Of a stretch of DNA of 27,867 nt, positions 24,499 to 27,867 are shown one piece after another. Below the pieces are notes generated by a model, which was given only the letters and a program-made list of their open reading frames with translations, was not told the origin of the DNA and made no database searches. The position numbers were made by a program, and so were the translations under genes. Origin of the DNA: an uncultured archaeon (GTDB lineage Archaea; Iainarchaeota; Iainarchaeia; Iainarchaeales; CSSED10-239); the NCBI GenBank assembly GCA_964591795.1, contig CAZQEL010000005.1, forward strand, positions 1 through 27,867, written 5' to 3'. The stretch's first letter is position 1; each line of letters opens with the position of its first letter.

Positions 24499-24915
24499 AT
24501 GATTGTAATAAATGGTGAAAATAAAGTTTTTGGAAGACTTTGCAGTGAAGTTGCTGAAAAACTTATAAAATATAACGAAAAGATAGTTGTGGTTAATACA
24601 AGAAAAACAATTATGAGTGGAAGTTCAGAAAGTATTTTTGAAAGAGTACTTGAAAGGACAGAAAGAGGGGGTAAAGGTAATCCTAGAAACCAGCCTAAAT
24701 ATCCTAGATATCCTGATAGATTAGTTAAAAGAGGAGTTAGAGGAATGCTTCCTAGAAAACCTAGAGGTGCTCAAGTTTTAAAAAATCTTATAGTTCATAT
24801 TGATGTTCCTGATAATTTTGCTCAAAAAATACCCGTTGCAGTTAAATTAAAAAATATAGAATTTTTAACACTTGAAACAATTTCAAAAAAATTAGGTGCT
24901 AAATACTCAAATTAA
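24499..24915 (+). CDS. rpl13: 50S ribosomal protein L13
   Basis: VINGENKVFGRLCSEVAEKL start and VRGMLPRKPRG. Confidence 0.92.
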   Translation: MIVINGENKVFGRLCSEVAEKLIKYNEKIVVVNTRKTIMSGSSESIFERVLERTERGGKGNPRNQPKYPRYPDRLVKRGVRGMLPRKPRGAQVLKNLIVHIDVPDNFAQKIPVAVKLKNIEFLTLETISKKLGAKYSN

Positions 24916-24927
24916 AAGTGATTTCTT

Positions 24928-25335
24928 ATGGTAAAAACTTATATGGTAAAATCAAGTAGAAAAAGTGCAGTAGCTAGAGCTTCTGTAAAACCAGGAAAAG
25001 GAGAAATTAGAGTTAATAATATGGCTCTTGATGCAATATATCCTACTGGTTATAAAAAAGTTATGATTCTTGAACCAACAAAAATTGTTCCTGAAGAATT
25101 TTGTAAATTTAATTATGCTGTTATAGTTAATGGTGGTGGGGTTTCAGGTCAATTACAAGCAATTAGAAGTTGTATTGCTAAAGGAATTGTGCTTGCTTCT
25201 GGAAATAAAAAAATTATTAAAGATAAATTTTTATTATATGATAGACATCTTTTAGTTGATGATGCTAGAAATAAAGAAGCTCGTAAAGAAGGTGGCCCAG
25301 GTGCCAGAAAGAAAAAGCAAAAATCTAAGAGGTGA
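24928..25335 (+). CDS. rps9: 30S ribosomal protein S9
   Basis: SSRKSAVARASVKPGKGEIRVNN...DARNKEARKEGGPGARKKKQKSKR. GTGAT SD at 24918-24922. Confidence 0.93.
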   Translation: MVKTYMVKSSRKSAVARASVKPGKGEIRVNNMALDAIYPTGYKKVMILEPTKIVPEEFCKFNYAVIVNGGGVSGQLQAIRSCIAKGIVLASGNKKIIKDKFLLYDRHLLVDDARNKEARKEGGPGARKKKQKSKR

Positions 25336-25342
25336 TTAATTT

Positions 25343-25537
25343 ATGATTATCCCAATACGTTGTTTTTCATGTGGGCAAATTGTTGCTCATGATTATGAAG
25401 CATTTATAAAAGAAATTAAAGATAAAAAGTTAACTCCAAAAGAAGTTTTAGATAATTTTGGTGTAAGAAAATATTGTTGTAGAAGAATGTATATTTCAAA
25501 TGTTGAAATGATAGATGAAATTATGAAATATAATTAA
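25343..25537 (+). CDS. rpoN: DNA-directed RNA polymerase subunit N (Rpo10)
   Basis: MIIPIRCFSCGQIV...YCCRRM zinc motif. GAGGTGAT SD at 25329-25336. Confidence 0.93.
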   Translation: MIIPIRCFSCGQIVAHDYEAFIKEIKDKKLTPKEVLDNFGVRKYCCRRMYISNVEMIDEIMKYN

Positions 25538-25552
25538 AAATTGTGAATATAA

Positions 25553-26293
25553 ATGAGTAGAATTACAGAAACTAAAGAATATAAACCAATTGAAACAAAA
25601 TTTCAAAAACCAGTTCCAGATAGATATAAAAGAACACTAGTAAATATAGATCTTTATTTAAAAAATGGAATTCATATTGGTACTAAATATAAAAATGGAC
25701 CTATGAGAAGATTTATTTTTAAATCTAGAAGTGATAAATTAAATGTTATGGATGTTCAAGTTATTGATCAACGAATAAAAATTGCTATTGATTTTATATC
25801 AAGATATAATCCTGAAGATGTTGTTTTTGTATCTAGAAAAAAATATGCTTTATTTGGTTTAACTTTACTTGAAAAAACTTTTAATTATAAAATAAAAATT
25901 GGTAGATTTATTCCTGGAACATTTACAAATCCAGAATCAGAACATTTTATAGAACCAAAGCTTGTTGTAATAGTAGATCCTAATATAGATAAACAAGTTA
26001 TTTTAGAAGCTACAAAAATTAGAGCTCCAATAGTTGCTCTTGCAACAACATCTAGTAATACTAGAGATATAGATCTTTTAATTCCTTATAATAATAAAGG
26101 ACGTAAATCTGTTGCACTTTTCTTTTGGTTATTAAATAGAGAACTCCAACTTAAAAATGGATTTATTAAATCAGAAAAGGACTATAGTTATAAGATTGAA
26201 GACTTTGTATTGTCTTTAGAAGATAAAAAAGATGATGAACCTAGAGGTAGAAAACCAAGATCTAGATTTGTTAGAAGACCTTTTAAGAGATAA
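25553..26293 (+). CDS. rps2: 30S ribosomal protein S2
   Basis: YLKNGIHIGTKYKNGPMRRFIFKSRSDKLNVMDV...VVIVDPNIDKQVILEATKIRAPIVAL, plus a basic C-terminal tail. Confidence 0.93.
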   Translation: MSRITETKEYKPIETKFQKPVPDRYKRTLVNIDLYLKNGIHIGTKYKNGPMRRFIFKSRSDKLNVMDVQVIDQRIKIAIDFISRYNPEDVVFVSRKKYALFGLTLLEKTFNYKIKIGRFIPGTFTNPESEHFIEPKLVVIVDPNIDKQVILEATKIRAPIVALATTSSNTRDIDLLIPYNNKGRKSVALFFWLLNRELQLKNGFIKSEKDYSYKIEDFVLSLEDKKDDEPRGRKPRSRFVRRPFKR

Positions 26294-26297
26294 GTTA

Positions 26298-26304
26298 TTT
26301 TTTT
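26298..26304 (+). terminator. Oligo-T tract, candidate archaeal terminator ending the super-operon
   Basis: A T7 run 5 nt after the rps2 stop, followed by the first sizeable intergenic gap (114 bp) since nt 7288. Confidence 0.35.
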
Positions 26305-26335
26305 CTAAAAACATTATATATTTAAAGGTTATCAT

Positions 26336-26352
26336 CTATATTTTATATATAG
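26336..26352 (+). promoter_or_regulatory. TA-rich inverted repeat / candidate TATA element upstream of the TrmB-family gene
   Basis: CTATAT-tttat-ATATAG ends exactly 56 nt before ATG 26408. It shares TTATATATAGT with the element at 27194-27205, which also ends 56 nt before its ATG. Confidence 0.35.
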
Positions 26353-26407
26353 TCATTATTTAATAGTATTAGGTTAATAAATAAAATAAAGTCAAATGTG
26401 AAGTAAT

Positions 26408-27133
26408 ATGAAGGATAATTATTTAGTTTCTCTTTTAAAAGATCTTAATTTAACTGAATATGAATCAAAAGCACTTGTTACATTATTTAAATTCTCTGAA
26501 TCTGATGCACCTACTATTAGTAGAAATTCAGAAATTCCTAAAACTAGAATCTATGATGTTTTAGATAAACTAAAAGAAAAAGGTTTTGTACTTGAAGTTT
26601 ATAAAAGTCCAAAAACTTATAAAATTATTAATCCTGAAGAAATATTTAAAGGACTTCTAGATTTAAAGCAAAATGAACTTTCTTCACTTTCAAAAAAAGT
26701 AGATGAAGTAATACTTAACACTAATTGGTCATCTTATGCAACTAATACTCCTGAAAAGGTATTACAGGTAAATAACCTTAAAGACTACAATAAATTTCTA
26801 TCTCAAGAGTTTGAAACTGCTCAAAAAGAGATACATGGGTTCACAAATCTTGATGAAAGGATAGATTCTTTAAAATCTGTTTTTAATAATAAAAATTTAT
26901 CTATAAATATTTTAACAAACCCAACAATAAAAACACATGATATTCCTAAGCATGTTACAGTTAAAGAAACTAATCATTCTATGGATGCTTTTGTTTTAGA
27001 TAGAAAAAAAGTAATCATGGCATTAAATGATCTTTCAACTCCTAAAAAATCATATAATTTAACAGTTCTTGAGAATAATCCTTCTCTTGCAAATGCTCTT
27101 TTATCTCATTTTGATGATTTTTGGAAGAAATAG
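26408..27133 (+). CDS. TrmB-family transcriptional regulator
   Basis: The N-terminal winged HTH LTEYESKALVTLFKFSESDAPTISRNSEIPKTRIYDVLDKLKEKGFV is typical of TrmB, and a C-terminal domain is present. Confidence 0.8.
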   Translation: MKDNYLVSLLKDLNLTEYESKALVTLFKFSESDAPTISRNSEIPKTRIYDVLDKLKEKGFVLEVYKSPKTYKIINPEEIFKGLLDLKQNELSSLSKKVDEVILNTNWSSYATNTPEKVLQVNNLKDYNKFLSQEFETAQKEIHGFTNLDERIDSLKSVFNNKNLSINILTNPTIKTHDIPKHVTVKETNHSMDAFVLDRKKVIMALNDLSTPKKSYNLTVLENNPSLANALLSHFDDFWKK

Positions 27134-27139
27134 TTTTTT
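27134..27139 (+). terminator. Oligo-T tract after the TrmB-family gene
   Basis: A T6 run immediately after the TAG stop. Confidence 0.3.
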
Positions 27140-27166
27140 AATTTATCTTATTTTTAAATAATTATA

Positions 27167-27204
27167 TTTATAAAGATTACTCTATATATAATATTTATAT
27201 ATAG
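27167..27204 (+). promoter_or_regulatory. Candidate promoter of rpl7ae: TTTATAAA octamer plus 23-bp TA palindrome
   Basis: TTTATAAA lies at 27167-27174. CTATATATA-atatt-TATATATAG lies at 27182-27204. AGGAGG SD at 27245-27250. Confidence 0.35.
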
Positions 27205-27259
27205 TTCTTTTTTTATAAAAAACTAAAAAACCAATGACATATTAAGGAGGTTGTTTGTT

Positions 27260-27867
27260 ATGTCTGAATTTATAAAATTCTCTGTATCTGAAGATTTAAG
27301 AGTTTTACAAGATGAAACTATTAAGAGGGTATCAAAAATAGGTAAGATAAAAATAGGTATCAACGAAGTTACAAAAGCAATTGAAAGAGGAAATGCAAAA
27401 TTTGTAATTATTGCAGAAGATGTTAGTCCTGTTGAAATTGTAATGCATATACCTATTATTGCAAAAGAGAAAAAAATAACTTTTTCTTATTCAAAAACAA
27501 AAGAAGATTTAGGTAAATCTGTAGGTATTTCTGCAAAAGCTAGTTGTATTGCGGTACTTGATGCTGGTTCTTTACAAAAAGAATTAACAACTTTAATTGA
27601 TAAAATTGAAGAAGTTTCTGGTAGTAAAAAAACAGTAGTTACAGAAGAAAAACCAAAGGTTGCTGAAGTTAAAGAAGAAAAACTAAAAGTTGCTGAAGTT
27701 AAAGAAGAAAAACTAAAAGTTGCTGAAGTTAAAGAAGAAAAATCAAAAGTTGCTGAAGTTAAAGAAGAAAAACCAAAAGTAACTGAAGTTAAAGAAGAAA
27801 AATCAAAAGTAACTGAAGTTAAAGAAGAAAAACCAAAAGTAACTGAAGTTAAAGAAGAAAAACCAAA
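27260..27867 (+). CDS. rpl7ae: 50S ribosomal protein L7Ae with a repeat-containing C-terminal extension (3' end outside the window)
   Basis: GINEVTKAIERGNAKFVIIAEDVSPVEIVMHIPIIAKEKKI.F.Y..TKEDLG is the L7Ae/L30e core. The ORF is open to the window end and is absent from the ORF track. AGGAGG SD lies 9 nt upstream. Confidence 0.9.
   Translation, partial: MSEFIKFSVSEDLRVLQDETIKRVSKIGKIKIGINEVTKAIERGNAKFVIIAEDVSPVEIVMHIPIIAKEKKITFSYSKTKEDLGKSVGISAKASCIAVLDAGSLQKELTTLIDKIEEVSGSKKTVVTEEKPKVAEVKEEKLKVAEVKEEKLKVAEVKEEKSKVAEVKEEKPKVTEVKEEKSKVTEVKEEKPKVTEVKEEKP
27659..27867 (+). repeat. In-frame 30-bp tandem repeat, at least 7 copies (runs off the window)
   Basis: GTTGCTGAAGTTAAAGAAGAAAAACTAAAA and variants with 1-3 substitutions sit at exact period 30. 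They encode V[AT]EVKEEK[LSP]K. Confidence 0.95.

Noticed and set aside
1-27867. Possible alternative genetic code, programmed frameshifts, mobile elements, integrases, toxin-antitoxin pairs or defence genes
   Set aside because: All conserved genes read through cleanly with the standard code and normal stops. I saw no transposase or integrase-like ORFs, no terminal inverted repeats and no cas-like genes.

Overview
Very AT-rich archaeal DNA. The call rests on archaea-specific ribosomal proteins (S4e, S8e, L14e, L18e, L19e, L32e, L34e, L7Ae) plus RpoD/RpoN, aSUI1 and RNase P Rpp29. The small proteins and missing housekeeping genes suggest a reduced, DPANN-like genome; this is inference. nt 7289-26293 is one uninterrupted plus-strand super-operon of 37 protein genes plus tRNA-Leu(UAA). 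Gene order is L3-L4-L23-L2-S19-L22-S3-L29-SUI1-Rpp29-S17-L14-L24-S4e-L5-S14-S8-L6-L32e-L19e-L18-S5-L30-L15-SecY-DUF106-L34e-L14e-S13-S4-S11-RpoD-tRNA-L18e-L13-S9-RpoN-S2. A TrmB-family regulator and a 3'-truncated L7Ae gene follow. Nearly every gene is preceded by a GTGA(T/A) Shine-Dalgarno element 4-6 nt before the start. I used this to move several start codons from the ORF track and to recover a 51-codon L14e gene that the track missed. The left 7.3 kb is the accessory part. It holds a DUF5680-like fragment, a Cgi121 (KEOPS) gene followed by a possible divergent Bud32-like gene, and rps8e apparently co-transcribed with a minimal 184-aa exosortase/archaeosortase-like membrane protein. It also holds two unknown minus-strand genes, a secreted protein that is 28% tyrosine and lacks Lys/Glu, and a 1047-aa multi-domain surface protein. 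That surface protein has a PGF + TM + polybasic C-terminal region that resembles an archaeosortase sorting signal but is followed by an extra charged tail. I consider this archaeosortase-like/surface-protein neighbourhood the best candidate for an undescribed system. Other notable points are near-identical in-frame tandem repeats that extend S3 (27 bp x 9) and L7Ae (30 bp x at least 7), and a structured inverted-repeat element in the long leader upstream of rpl3. All family assignments are by-eye motif recognition; no searches were run.
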